The notes under the pieces are model-generated. The model was given only the letters and a program-made list of their open reading frames with translations, was not told the origin of the DNA and searched no databases. The position numbers and the translations under genes are program-made. Shown here piece after piece: positions 15,001 to 30,000 of a stretch of DNA of 64,000 bases. Source of the DNA: Nemertoderma westbladi (lineage: Eukaryota; Animalia; Xenacoelomorpha); contig JAUCBJ010007236.1 of assembly GCA_032718475.1 (NCBI GenBank), forward strand, positions 39,737-103,736, given 5' to 3'. Every line of letters starts with the position of its first letter. Positions within the stretch are counted from its first letter, which is position 1.

Positions 15001-18000
15001 TTCCCTACCTCGGTATTTATTCTCCACCCTGGTTCCCTACGTCGGTATTTATTCTCCTACGTGGTTCCCTACCTCGGTATTTATTCTCCTACGTGGTTCC
15101 CTACCTCGGTATTTATTCTCCTACGTGGTTCCCTACCTCGGTATTTATTCTCCACCCTGGTTCCCTACCTCGGTATTTATTCTCCTACGTGGTTCCCTAC
15201 CTCGGTATTTATTCTCCACCCTGGTTCCCTACCTCGGTATTTATTCTCCACCCTGATTCCCTACCTCGGTATTTATTCTCCACCCTGGTTCCCTACCTCG
15301 GTATTTATTCTCCACTCCTGGTTCCCTACCTCGGTATTTATTCTCCACTCTGGTTCCCTCCTACCTCGGTATTTATTCTCCACTCTGGTTCCCTACCTCG
15401 GTATTTATTCTCCACTCTGGTTCCCTACCTCGGTATTTATTCTCCACTCCTGGTTCCCTACCTCGGTATTTATTCTCCACTCCTGGTTCCCTACCTCGGT
15501 ATTTATTCTCCACCCTGGTTCCCTACGTCGGTATTTATTCTCCTACGTGGTTCCCTACCTCGGTATTTATTCTCCACCCTGGTTCCCTACCTCGGTATTT
15601 ATTCTCCACCCTGGTTCCCTACCTCGGTATTTATTCTCCACTCCTGGTTCCCTACCTCGGTATTTATTCTCCACTCCTGGTTCCCTACCTCGGTATTTAT
15701 TCTCCTACGTGGTTCCCTACCTCGGTATTTATTCTCCACCCTGGTTCCCTACCTCGGTATTTATTCTCCACCCTGGTTCCCTACCTCGGTATTTATTCTC
15801 AACTCTGGTTCCCTACCTCGGTATTTATTCTCCACCCTGGTTCCCTACCTCGGTATTTATTCTCCACTCCTGGTTCCCTACCTCGGTATTTATTCTCCAC
15901 TCCTGGTTCCCTACCTCGGTATTTATTCTCCACCCTGGTTCCCTACGTCGGTATTTATTCTCCTACGTGGTTCCCTACCTCGGTATTTATTCTCCACCCT
16001 GGTTCCCTACCTCGGTATTTATTCTCCACCCTGGTTCCCTACCTCGGTATTTATTCTCCACTCCTGGTTCCCTACCTCGGTATTTATTCTCCACTCCTGG
16101 TTCCCTACCTCGGTATTTATTCTCCTACGTGGTTCCCTACCTCGGTATTTATTCTCCACCCTGGTTCCCTACCTCGGTATTTATTCTCCACCCTGGTTCC
16201 CTACCTCGGTATTTATTCTCCACTCTGGTTCCCTACCTCGGTATTTATTCTCCACTCTGGTTCCCTACCTCGGTATTTATTCTCCACCCTGGTTCCCTAC
16301 CTCGGTATTTATTCTCCACCCTGGTTCCCTACGTCGGTATTTATTCTCCTACGTGGTTCCCTACCTCGGTATTTATTCTCCTACGTGGTTCCCTACCTCG
16401 GTATTTATTCTCCACCCTGGTTCCCTACCTCGGTATTTATTCTCCACTCTGGTTCCCTATCTCGGTATTTATTCTCCACCCTGGTTCCCTACCTCGGTAT
16501 TTATTCTCCACCCTGGTTCCCTACCTCGGTATTTATTCTCCACTCCTGGTTCCCTACCTCGGTATTTATTCTCCTACGTGGTTCCCTACCTCGGTATTTA
16601 TTCTCCACTCTGGTTCCCTACCTCGGTATTTATTCTCCACCCTGGTTCCCTACCTCGGTATTTATTCTCCACTCCTGGTTCCCTCCTACCTCGGTATTTA
16701 TTCTCCACCCTGGTTCCCTACCTCGGTATTTATTCTCCACTCTGGTTCCCTACCTCGGTATTTATTCTCCTACGTGGTTCCCTACCTCGGTATTTATTCT
16801 CCTACGTGGTTCCCTACCTCGGTATTTATTCTCCACTCCTGGTTCCCTACCTCGGTATTTATTCTCCACCCTGGTTCCCTACCTCGGTATTTATTCTCCA
16901 CCCTGGTTCCCTACCTCGGTATTTATTCTCCACCCTGGTTCCCTACCTCGGTATTTATTCTCCACTCCTGGTTCCCTACCTCGGTATTTATTCTCCACCC
17001 TGGTTCCCTACCTCGGTATTTATTCTCCACCCTGGTTCCCTACCTCGGTATTTATTCTCCACCCTGGTTCCCTACCTCGGTATTTATTCTCCACCCTGGT
17101 TCCCTACCTCGGTATTTATTCTCCACCCTCGTTCCCTACCTCGGTATTTATTCTCCACCCTGGTTCCCTACCTCGGTATTTATTCTCCACTCCTGGTTCC
17201 CTACCTCGGTATTTATTCTCCTACGTGGTTCCCTACCTCGGTATTTATTCTCCTTCGTGGTTCCCTACCTCGGTATTTATTCTCCACTCCTGGTTCCCTA
17301 CCTCGGTATTTATTCTCCACTCCTGGTTCCCTACCTCGGTATTTATTCTCCACTCTGGTTCCCTACCTCGATATTTATTCTCCACTCCTGGTTCCCTACC
17401 TCGGTATTTATTCTCCACTCATGGTTCCCTACCTCGGTATTTATTCTCCACTCCTGGTTCCCTACACCTCGGTATTTACTCTCCACCCTGGTTCCCTACC
17501 TCGGTATTTATTCTCCTTCCTGGTTCCCTACCTCGGTATTTATTCTCCACCCTGGTTCCCTACCTCGGTATTTATTCTCCTACGTGGTTCCCTACCTCGG
17601 TATTTATTCTCCTACGTGGTTCCCTACCTCGGTATTTATTCTCCACCCTGGTTCCCTACCTCGGTATTTATTCTCCACCCTGGTTCCCTACCTCGGTATT
17701 TATTCTCCTACGTGGTTCCCTACCTCGGTATTTATTCTCCACCCTGGTTCCCTACCTCGGTATTTATTCTCCACCCTGGTTCCCTACCTCGGTATTTATT
17801 CTCCACTCCTGGTTCCCTACCTCGGTATTTATTCTCCACTCCTGGTTCCCTACCTCGGTATTTATTCTCCACTCCTGGTTCCCTACCACGGTATTTATTC
17901 TCCTCTCCGGGTTCCCTACCTCGGTATTTATTCTCCACCCTGGTTCCCTACCTCGGTATTTATTCTCCACTCCTGGTTCCCTACCTCGGTATTTATTCTC

Positions 18001-21000
18001 CACTCTGGTTCCCTACCTCGGTATTTATTCTCCTACGTGGTTCCCTACCTCGGTATTTATTCTCCACTCTGGTTCCCTACCTCGGTATTTATTCTCCACT
18101 CCTGGTTCCCTCCTACCTCGGTATTTATTCTCCACCCTGGTTCCCTACCTCGGTATTTATTCTCCACCCTGGTTCCTACCTCGGTATTTATTCTCCTACG
18201 TGGTTCCCTACCTCGGTATTTATTCTCCACTCTGGTTCCCTACCTCGGTATTTATTCTCCACCCTGGTTCCCTACCTCGGTATTTATTCTCCTACGTGGT
18301 TCCCTACCTCGGTATTTATTCTCCACTCTGGTTCCCTACCTCGGTATTTATTCTCCACTCCTGGTTCCCTACCTCGGTATTTATTCTCCACCCTGGTTCC
18401 CTACCTCGGTATTTATTCTCCACCCTGGTTCCCTCCTACCTCGGTATTTATTCTCCACCCTGGTTCCCTACCTCGGTATTTATTCTCCACCCTGGTTCCC
18501 TCCTACCTCGGTATTTATTCTCCACTCTGGTTCCCTACCTCGGTATTTATTCTCCACCCTGGTTCCCTCCTACCTCGGTATTTATTCTCCACCCTGGTGC
18601 CCTACCTCGGTATTTATTCTCCTACGTGGTTCCCTACCTCGGTATTTATTCTCCACTCTGGTTCCCTACCTCGGTATTTATTCTCCACTCATGGTTCCCT
18701 ACCTCGGTATTTATTATCCACCCTGGTTCCCTACCTCGGTATTTATTCTCCACCCTGGTTCCCTGCCTCGGTATTTATTCTCCACCCTGGTTCCCTACCT
18801 CGGTATTTATTCTCCACCCTGGTTCCCTACCTCGGTATTTATTCTCCACTCCTGGTTCCCTACCTCGGTATTTATTATCCACCCTGGTTCCCTACCTCGG
18901 TATTTATTCTCCACCCTGGTTCCCTGCCTCGGTATTTATTCTCCACCCTGGTTCCCTACCTCGGTATTTATTCTCCACCCTGGTTCCCTACCTCGGTATT
19001 TATTCTCCACTCTGGTTCCCTACCTCGGTATTTATTCTCCACTCTGGTTCCCTACCTCGGTATTTATTATCCTCCCTGGTTCCCTACCTCGGTATTTATT
19101 CTCCACTCATGGTTCCCTACCTCGGTATTTATTCTCCACTCCTGGTTCCCTACCTCGGTATTTATTCTCCTACGTGGTTCCCTACCTCGGTATTTATTCT
19201 CCACTTCTGGTTCCCTACCTCGGTATTTATTCTCCACTCCTGGTTCCCTACCTCGGTATTTATTCTCCACTCCTGGTTCCCTACCTCGGTATTTATTCTC
19301 CACTCCTGGTTCCCTACCTCGGTATTTATTCTCCACCCTGGTTCCCTACCTCGGTATTTATTCTCCACCCTGGTTCCCTACCTCGGTATTTATTCTCCAC
19401 CCTGGTTCCCTACCTCGGTATTTATTCTCCACTCCTGGTTCCCTACCTCGGTATTTATTCTCCACCCTGGTTCCCTACCACGGTATTTATTCTCCTCTCC
19501 GGGTTCCCTACCTCGGTATTTATTCTCCACCCTGGTTCCCTACCTCGGTATTTATTCTCCACTTCTGGTTCCCTACCTCGGTATTTATTCTCCTACGTGG
19601 TTCCCTACCTCGGTATTTATTCTCCACTCCTGGTTCCCTACCTCGGTATTTATTCTCCACTACTGGTTCCCTCCTACCTCGGTATTTATTCTCCACTCCT
19701 GGTTCCCTACCACGGTATTTATTCTCCTCTCCGGGTTCCCTACCTCGGTATTTATTCTCCACCCTGGTTCCCTCCTACCTCGGTATTTATTCTCCACCCT
19801 GGTTCCCTACCTCGATATTTATTCTCCACCCTGGTTCCCTACCTCGGTATTTATTCTCCACCCTGGTTCCCTACCTCGGTATTTATTCTCCACCCTGGTT
19901 CCCTATCTCGGTATTTATTCTCCTCTCCGGGTTCCCTACCTCGGTATTTATTCTCCACCCTGGTTCCCTCCTACCTCGGTATTTATTCTCCACCCTGGTT
20001 CCCTACCTCGATATTTATTCTCCACCCTGGTTCCCTACCTCGGTATTTATTCTCCTCTCCGGGTTCCCTACCTCGGTATTTATTCTCCACCCTGGTTCCC
20101 TACCTCGGTATTTATTCTCCACTTCTGGTTCCCTACCTCGGTATTTATTCTCCACCCTGGTTCCCTACCTCGGTATTTATTCTCCTCTCCGGGTTCCCTA
20201 CCTCGGTATTTATTCTCCACCCTGGTTCCCTCCTACCTCGGTATTTATTCTCCACCCTGGTTCCCTACCTCGGTATTTATTCTCCACTCTGGTTCCCTAC
20301 CTCGGTATTTATTCTCCTTCCTGGTTCCCTACCTCGGTATTTATTCTCCTACGTGGTTCCCTACCTCGGTATTTATTCTCCACCCTGGTTCCCTACCTCG
20401 GTATTTATTCTCCACCCTGGTTCCCTACCTCGGTATTTATTCTCCTTCCTGGTTCCCTACCTCGGTATTTATTCTCCACCCTGGTTCCCTACCTCGGTAT
20501 TTATTCTCCTTCGTGGTTCCCTACCTCGGTATTTATTCTCCTTCGTGGTTCCCTACCTCGGTATTTATTCTCCACCCTGGTTCCCTGCCTCGGTATTTAT
20601 TCTCCACCCTGGTTCCCTACCTCGGTATTTATTCTCCACCCTGGTTCCCTACCTCGGTATTTATTCTCCACCCTGGTTCCCTACCTCGGTATTTATTCTC
20701 CTACGTGGTTCCCTACCTCGGTATTTATTCTCCACCCTGGTTCCCTACCTCGGTATTTATTCTCCACCCTGGTTCCCTCCTACCTCGGTATTTATTCTCC
20801 ACCCTGGTTCCCTCCTACCTCGGTATTTATTCTCCACTCTGGTTCCCTACCTCGATATTTATTCTCCACCCTGGTTCCCTACCTCGGTATTTATTATCCT
20901 CCCTGGTTCCCTACCTCGGTATTTATTCTCCACTTCTGGTTCCCTACCTCGGTATTTATTCTCCTACGTGGTTCCCTACCTCGGTATTTATTCTCCACTC

Positions 21001-24000
21001 CTGGTTCCCTACCTCGGTATTTATTCTCCACTACTGGTTCCCTCCTACCTCGGTATTTATTCTCCACTCCTGGTTCCCTACCACGGTATTTATTCTCCTC
21101 TCCGGGTTCCCTACCTCGGTATTTATTCTCCACCCTGGTTCCCTCCTACCTCGGTATTTATTCTCCACCCTGGTTCCCTACCTCGATATTTATTCTCCAC
21201 CCTGGTTCCCTACCTCGGTATTTATTCTCCACCCTGGTTCCCTACCTCGGTATTTATTCTCCACCCTGGTTCCCTATCTCGGTATTTATTCTCCTCTCCG
21301 GGTTCCCTACCTCGGTATTTATTCTCCACCCTGGTTCCCTCCTACCTCGGTATTTATTCTCCACCCTGGTTCCCTACCTCGATATTTATTCTCCACCCTG
21401 GTTCCCTACCTCGGTATTTATTCTCCTCTCCGGGTTCCCTACCTCGGTATTTATTCTCCACCCTGGTTCCCTACCTCGGTATTTATTCTCCACTTCTGGT
21501 TCCCTACCTCGGTATTTATTCTCCACCCTGGTTCCCTACCTCGGTATTTATTCTCCTCTCCGGGTTCCCTACCTCGGTATTTATTCTCCACCCTGGTTCC
21601 CTCCTACCTCGGTATTTATTCTCCACCCTGGTTCCCTACCTCGGTATTTATTCTCCACTCTGGTTCCCTACCTCGGTATTTATTCTCCTTCCTGGTTCCC
21701 TACCTCGGTATTTATTCTCCTACGTGGTTCCCTACCTCGGTATTTATTCTCCACCCTGGTTCCCTACCTCGGTATTTATTCTCCACCCTGGTTCCCTACC
21801 TCGGTATTTATTCTCCTTCCTGGTTCCCTACCTCGGTATTTATTCTCCACCCTGGTTCCCTACCTCGGTATTTATTCTCCTTCGTGGTTCCCTACCTCGG
21901 TATTTATTCTCCTTCGTGGTTCCCTACCTCGGTATTTATTCTCCACCCTGGTTCCCTGCCTCGGTATTTATTCTCCACCCTGGTTCCCTACCTCGGTATT
22001 TATTCTCCACCCTGGTTCCCTACCTCGGTATTTATTCTCCACCCTGGTTCCCTACCTCGGTATTTATTCTCCTACGTGGTTCCCTACCTCGGTATTTATT
22101 CTCCACCCTGGTTCCCTACCTCGGTATTTATTCTCCACCCTGGTTCCCTCCTACCTCGGTATTTATTCTCCACCCTGGTTCCCTCCTACCTCGGTATTTA
22201 TTCTCCACTCTGGTTCCCTACCTCGATATTTATTCTCCACCCTGGTTCCCTACCTCGGTATTTATTCTCCTCTCCTGGTTCCCTACCTCGGTATTTATTC
22301 TCCACTCCTGGTTCCCTACCTCGGTATTTATTCTCCACCCTGGTTCCCTACCTCGGTATTTATTCTCCTACGTGGTTCCCTACCTCGGTATTTATTCTCC
22401 ACCCTGGTTCCCTACCTCGGTATTTATTCTCCACTTCTGGTTCCCTACCTCGGTATTTATTCTCCACTTCTGGTTCCCTACCTCGGTATTTATTCTCCAC
22501 TCCTGGTTCCCTACCTCGGTATTTATTCTCCACTCTGGTTCCCTACCTCGGTATTTATTATCCACCCTGGTTCCCTACCTCGGTATTTATTCTCCACCCT
22601 GGTTCCCTCCTACCTCGGTATTTATTCTCCACCCTGGTTCCCTACCTCGGTATTTATTCTCCACTCCTGGTTCCCTACACCTCGGTATTTACTCTCCACC
22701 CTGGTTCCCTACCTCGGTATTTATTCTCCTTCCTGGTTCCCTACCTCGGTATTTATTCTCCTACGTGGTTCCCTACCTCGGTATTTATTCTCCACCCTGG
22801 TTCCCTACCTCGGTATTTATTCTCCACCCTGGTTCCCTACCTCGGTATTTACTCTCCACCCTGGTTCCCTACCTCGGTATTTATTCTCCTTCCTGGTTCC
22901 CTACCTCGGTATTTATTCTCCTACGTGGTTCCCTACCTCGGTATTTATTCTCCACCCTGGTTCCCTACCTCGGTATTTATTCTCCACTCCTGGTTCCCTA
23001 CACCTCGGTATTTACTCTCCACCCTGGTTCCCTACCTCGGTATTTATTCTCCTTCCTGGTTCCCTACCTCGGTATTTATTCTCCACCCTGGTTCCCTACC
23101 TCGGTATTTATTCTCCACCCTGGTTCCCTACCTCGGTATTTATTCTCCACTCTGGTTCCCTACCTCGGTATTTATTCTCCACCCTGGTTCCCTCCTACCT
23201 CGGTATTTATTCTCCACCCTGGTTCCCTACCTCGGTATTTATTCTCCACTCCTGGTTCCCTACACCTCGGTATTTACTCTCCACCCTGGTTCCCTACCTC
23301 GGTATTTATTCTCCACCCTGGTTCCCTCCTACCTCGGTATTTATTCTCCACCCTGGTTCCCTACCTCGTTATTTATTCTCCACTCTGGTTCCCTACCTCG
23401 GTATTTATTCTCCTTCCTGGTTCCCTACCTCGGTATTTATTCTCCTACGTGGTTCCCTACCTCGGTATTTATTCTCCACTCTGGTTCCCTACCTCGGTAT
23501 TTATTCTCCACCCTCGTTCCCTACCTCGGTATTTATTCTCCACTCATGGTTCCCTCCTACCTCGGTATTTATTCTCCACTCCTGGGTCCCTACCTCGGTA
23601 TTTATTCTCCACCCTGGTTCCCTACCTCGGTATTTATTCTCCACCCTGGTTCCCTACCTCGGTATTTATTCTCCACTCTGGTTCCCTACCTCGGTATTTA
23701 TTCTCCACCCTGGTTCCCTACCTCGGTATTTATTCTCCACTCCTGGTTCCCTACCTCGGTATTTATTCTCCACCCTGGTTCCCTACCTCGGTATTTATTC
23801 TCCACCCTGGTTCCCTACCTCGGTATTTATTCTCCACCCTGGTTCCCTACCTCGGTAGTTATTCTCCACCCTGGTTCCCTACCTCGGTATTTATTCTCCA
23901 CCCTGGTTCCCTACCTCGGTATTTATTCTCCACCCTGGTTCCCTACCTCGGTATTTATTCTCCACTCCTGGTTCCCTACCACGGTATTTATTCTCCTCTC

Positions 24001-27000
24001 CGGGTTCCCTACCTCGGTATTTATTCTCCACCCTGGTTCCCTACCTCGGTATTTATTCTCCACCCTGGTTCCCTACCTCGGTATTTATTCTCCACCCTGG
24101 TTCCCTACCTCGGTATTTATTCTCCACTCCTGGTTCCCTACCACGGTATTTATTCTCCTCTCCGGGTTCCCTACCTCGGTATTTATTCTCCACCCTGGTT
24201 CCCTACCTCGGTATTTATTCTCCACCCTGGTTCCCTACCCCGGTATTTATTCTCCACCCTGGTTCCCTACCTCGGTATTTATTCTCCACTCTGGTTCCCT
24301 CCTACCTCGGTATTTATTCTCCACTTCTGGTTCCCTACCTCGGTATTTATTCTCCACTCCTGGGTCCCTACCTCGGTATTTATTCTCCACTCCTGGTTCC
24401 CTCCTACCTCGGTATTTATTCTCCACTCTGGTTCCCTACCTCGGTATTTATTCTCCACCCTGGTTCCCTACCTCGGTATTTATTCTCCACTCCTGGGTCC
24501 CTACCTCGGTATTTATTCTCCACTCCTGGTTCCCTCCTACCTCGGTATTTATTCTCCACTCCTGGTTCCCTACACCTCGGTATTTATTCTCCACCCTGGT
24601 TCCCTATCTCGGTATTTATTCTCCACCCTGGTTCCCTCCTACCTCGGTATTTATTCTCCACCCTGGTTCCCTACCTCGGTATTTATTCTCCACTCCTGGT
24701 TCCCTACCTCGGTATTTATTCTCCTTCGTGGTTCCCTACCTCGGTATTTATTCTCCACTCCTGGTTCCCTACCTCGGTATTTATTCTCCACTCTGGTTCC
24801 CTACCTCGGTATTTATTCTCCTTCGTGGTTCCCTACCTCGGTATTTATTCTCCACTCCTGGTTCCCTACCTCGGTATTTACTCTCCACCCTGGTTCCCTA
24901 CCTCGGTATTTATTCTCCACTCCTGGTTCCCTACCTCGGTATTTATTCTCCACCCTGGTTCCCTACCTCGGTATTTATTCTCCTACGTGGTTCCCTACCT
25001 CGGTATTTATTCTCCACTCCTGGTTCCCTCCTACCTCGGTATTTATTCTCCACTCTGGTTCCCTACCTCGGTATTTATTCTCCACCCTGGTTCCCTACCT
25101 CGGTATTTATTCTCCACCCTGGTTCCTACCTCGGTATTTATTCTCCTACGTGGTTCCCTACCTCGGTATTTATTCTCCACCCTGGTTCCCTACCTCGGTA
25201 TTTATTCTCCACCCTGGTTCCCTCCTACCTCGGTATTTATTCTCCACTCTGGTTCCCTACCTCGGTATTTATTCTCCTTCGTGGTTCCCTACCTCGGTAT
25301 TTATTCTCCACTCCTGGTTCCCTACCTCGGTATTTATTCTCCACTCTGGTTCCCTACCTCGGTATTTATTCTCCACCCTGGTTCCTACCTCGGTATTTAT
25401 TCTCCTACGTGGTTCCCTACCTCGGTATTTATTCTCCACCCTGGTTCCCTACCTCGGTATTTATTCTCCACCCTGGTTCCCTCCTACCTCGGTATTTATT
25501 CTCCACTCTGGTTCCCTACCTCGGTATTTATTCTCCTTCGTGGTTCCCTACCTCGGTATTTATTCTCCACTCCTGGTTCCCTACCTCGGTATTTATTCTC
25601 CACTCTGGTTCCCTACCTCGGTATTTATTCTCCTTCGTGGTTCCCTACCTCGGTATTTATTCTCCACTCCTGGTTCCCTACCTCGGTATTTATTCTCCAC
25701 TCTGGTTCCCTACCTCGGTATTTATTCTCCTTCGTGGTTCCCTACCTCGGTATTTATTCTCCTTCGTGGTTCCCTACCTCGGTATTTATTCTCCACCCTG
25801 GGTTCCCTACCTCGGTATTTATTCTCCACTCCTGGTTCCCTACCTCGGTATTTATTCTCCACTCTGGTTCCCTACCTCGGTATTTATTCTCCTACGTGGT
25901 TCCCTACCTCGGTATTTATTCTCCACTCCTGGTTCCCTACCTCGGTATTTATTCTCCACTCTGGTTCCCTACCTCGGTATTTATTCTCCTTCGTGGTTCC
26001 CTACCTCGGTATTTATTCTCCACTCCTGGTTCCCTACCTCGGTATTTATTCTCCACCCTGGTTCCCTACCTCGGTATTTATTCTCCTTCGTGGTTCCCTA
26101 CCTCGGTATTTATTCTCCACTCCTGGTTCCCTACCTCGGTATTTATTCTCCACCCTGGTTCCCTACCTCGGTATTTATTCTCCACTCCTGGTTCCCTACC
26201 TCGGTATTTATTCTCCTTCGTGGTTCCCTACCTCGGTATTTATTCTCCACTCCTGGTTCCCTACCTCGGTATTTATTCTCCACTCTGGTTCCCTACCTCG
26301 GTATTTATTCTCCTTCGTGGTTCCCTACCTCGGTATTTATTCTCCACTCCTGGTTCCCTACCTCGGTATTTATTCTCCTTCGTGGTTCCCTACCTCGGTA
26401 TTTATTCTCCACTCCTGGTTCCCTACCTCGGTATTTATTCTCCACTCCTGGTTCCCTACCTCGGTATTTATTCTCCACCCTGGTTCCCTACCTCGGTATT
26501 TATTCTCCACTCCTGGTTCCCTACCTCGGTATTTATTCTCCTTCGTGGTTCCCTACCTCGGTATTTATTCTCCACTCCTGGTTCCCTACCTCGGTATTTA
26601 TTCTCCACTCTGGTTCCCTACCTCGGTATTTATTCTCCTTCGTGGTTCCCTACCTCGGTATTTATTCTCCACTCCTGGTTCCCTACCTCGGTATTTATTC
26701 TCCTTCGTGGTTCCCTACCTCGGTATTTATTCTCCACTCCTGGTTCCCTACCTCGGTATTTATTCTCCACTCTGGTTCCCTACCTCGGTATTTATTCTCC
26801 TTCGTGGTTCCCTACCTCGGTATTTATTCTCCACTCCTGGTTCCCTACCTCGGTATTTATTCTCCACTCTGGTTCCCTACCTCGGTATTTATTCTCCTTC
26901 GTGGTTCCCTACCTCGGTATTTATTCTCCACTCCTGGTTCCCTACCTCGGTATTTATTCTCCTTCGTGGTTCCCTACCTCGGTATTTATTCTCCTTCGTG

Positions 27001-30000
27001 GTTCCCTACCTCGGTATTTATTCTCCACCCTGGGTTCCCTACCTCGGTATTTATTCTCCACTCCTGGTTCCCTACCTCGGTATTTATTCTCCACTCTGGT
27101 TCCCTACCTCGGTATTTATTCTCCTACGTGGTTCCCTACCTCGGTATTTATTCTCCACTCCTGGTTCCCTACCTCGGTATTTATTCTCCACTCTGGTTCC
27201 CTACCTCGGTATTTATTCTCCTTCGTGGTTCCCTACCTCGGTATTTATTCTCCACTCCTGGTTCCCTACCTCGGTATTTATTCTCCACCCTGGTTCCCTA
27301 CCTCGGTATTTATTCTCCTTCGTGGTTCCCTACCTCGGTATTTATTCTCCACTCCTGGTTCCCTACCTCGGTATTTATTCTCCACCCTGGTTCCCTACCT
27401 CGGTATTTATTCTCCTTCGTGGTTCCCTACCTCGGTATTTATTCTCCACCCTGGGTTCCCTACCTCGGTATTTATTCTCCACTCTGGTTCCCTACCTCGG
27501 TATTTATTCTCCACTCTGGTTCCCTACCTCGGTATTTATTCTCCTACGTGGTTCCCTACCTCGGTATTTATTCTCCACTCCTGGTTCCCTACCTCGGTAT
27601 TTATTCTCCACTCTGGTTCCCTACCTCGGTATTTATTCTCCTTCGTGGTTCCCTACCTCGGTATTTATTCTCCACCCTGGGTTCCCTACCTCGGTATTTA
27701 TTCTCCACTCTGGTTCCCTACCTCGGTATTTATTCTCCACTCTGGTTCCCTACCTCGGTATTTATTCTCCTACGTGGTTCCCTACCTCGGTATTTATTCT
27801 CCACTCCTGGTTCCCTACCTCGGTATTTATTCTCCACTCTGGTTCCCTACCTCGGTATTTATTCTCCTTCGTGGTTCCCTACCTCGGTATTTATTCTCCA
27901 CTCCTGGTTCCCTACCTCGGTATTTATTCTCCTACGTGGTTCCCTACCTCGGTATTTATTCTCCTTCGTGGTTCCCTACCTCGGTATTTATTCTCCACCC
28001 TGGTTCCCTACCTCGGTATTTATTCTCCACCCTGGTTCCCTACCTCGGTATTTATTCTCCACCCTGGTTCCCTACCTCGGTATTTATTCTCCACCCTGGT
28101 TCCCTCCTACCTCGGTATTTATTCTCCACTCTGGTTCCCTAACTCGGTATTTATTCTCCACCCTGGTTCCCTACCTCGGTATTTATTCTCCACCCTGGTT
28201 CCCTCCTACCTCGGTATTTATTCTCCACTCTGGTTCCCTACCTCGGTATTTATTCTCCTACGTGGTTCCCTACCTCGGTATTTATTCTCCTTCGTGGTTC
28301 CCTACCTCGGTATTTATTCTCCACTCTGGTTCCCTACCTCGGTATTTATTCTCCTTCGTGGTTCCCTACCTCGGTATTTATTCTCCACTCCTGGTTCCCT
28401 ACCTCGGTATTTATTCTCCTACGTGGTTCCCTACCTCGGTATTTATTCTCCTTCGTGGTTCCCTACCTCGGTATTTATTCTCCACTATGGTTCCCTACCT
28501 CGGTATTTATTCTCCACCCTGGTTCCCTACCTCGGTATTTATTCTCCACCCTTGTTCCCTATCTCGATATTTATTCTCCACTCTGGTTCCCTACCTCGGT
28601 ATTTATTCTCCTACGTGGTTCCCTACCTCGGTATTTATTCTCCTCTCCTGGTTCCCTACCTCGGTATTTATTCTCCACTCCTGGTTCCCTACCTCGGTAT
28701 TTATTCTCCTACGTGGTTCCCTACCTCGGTATTTATTCTCCACTCCTGGTTCCCTACCTCGGTATTTATTCTCCACTCTGGTTCCCTACCTCGGTATTTA
28801 TTCTCCTACGTGGTTCCCTACCTCGGTATTTATTCTCCACTCCTGGTTCCCTACCTCGGTATTTATTCTCCACTACTGGTTCCCTACCTCGGTATTTATT
28901 CTCCTTCGTGGTTCCCTACCTCGGTATTTATTCTCCACTCCTGGTTCCCTACCTCGGTATTTATTCTCCTACGTGGTTCCCTACCTCGGTATTTATTCTC
29001 CTTCGTGGTTCCCTACCTCGGTATTTATTCTCCACTCCTGGGTCCCTACCTCGGTATTTATTCTCCACTCCTGGTTCCCTCCTACCTCGGTATTTATTCT
29101 CCACTCCTGGTTCCCTACACCTCGGTATTTATTCTCCACCCTGGTTCCCTATCTCGGTATTTATTCTCCACCCTGGTTCCCTCCTACCTCGGTATTTATT
29201 CTCCACCCTGGTTCCCTACCTCGGTATTTATTCTCCACTCCTGGTTCCCTACCTCGGTATTTATTCTCCTTCGTGGTTCCCTACCTCGGTATTTATTCTC
29301 CACTCCTGGTTCCCTACCTCGGTATTTATTCTCCACTCTGGTTCCCTACCTCGGTATTTATTCTCCTTCGTGGTTCCCTACCTCGGTATTTATTCTCCAC
29401 TCCTGGTTCCCTACCTCGGTATTTATTCTCCTACGTGGTTCCCTACCTCGGTATTTATTCTCCACTCCTGGTTCCCTACCTCGGTATTTATTCTCCACCC
29501 TGGTTCCCTACCTCGGTATTTATTCTCCACCCTGGTTCTCTACCTCGGTATTTATTCTCCACTCTGGTTCCCTACCTCGGTATTTATTCTCCTACGTGGT
29601 TCCCTACCTCGGTATTTATTCTCCACTCCTGGTTCCCTACCTCGGTATTTATTCTCCACTCTGGTTCCCTACCTCGGTATTTATTCTCCACTCCTGGTTC
29701 CCTACCTCGGTATTTATTCTCCACTCCTGGTTCCCTACCTCGGTATTTATTCTCCACCCTGGTTCCCTACCTCGGTATTTATTCTCCACTCATGGTTCCC
29801 TACCTCGGTATTTATTCTCCACCCTGGTTCCCTACCTCGGTAGTTATTCTCCACCCTGGTTCCCTACCTCGGTATTTATTCTCCACCCTGGTTCCCTACC
29901 TCGGTATTTATTCTCCACCCTGGTTCCCTACCTCGGTAGTTATTCTCCACCCTGGTTCCCTACCTCGGTATTTATTCTCCACCCTGGTTCCCTACCTCGG

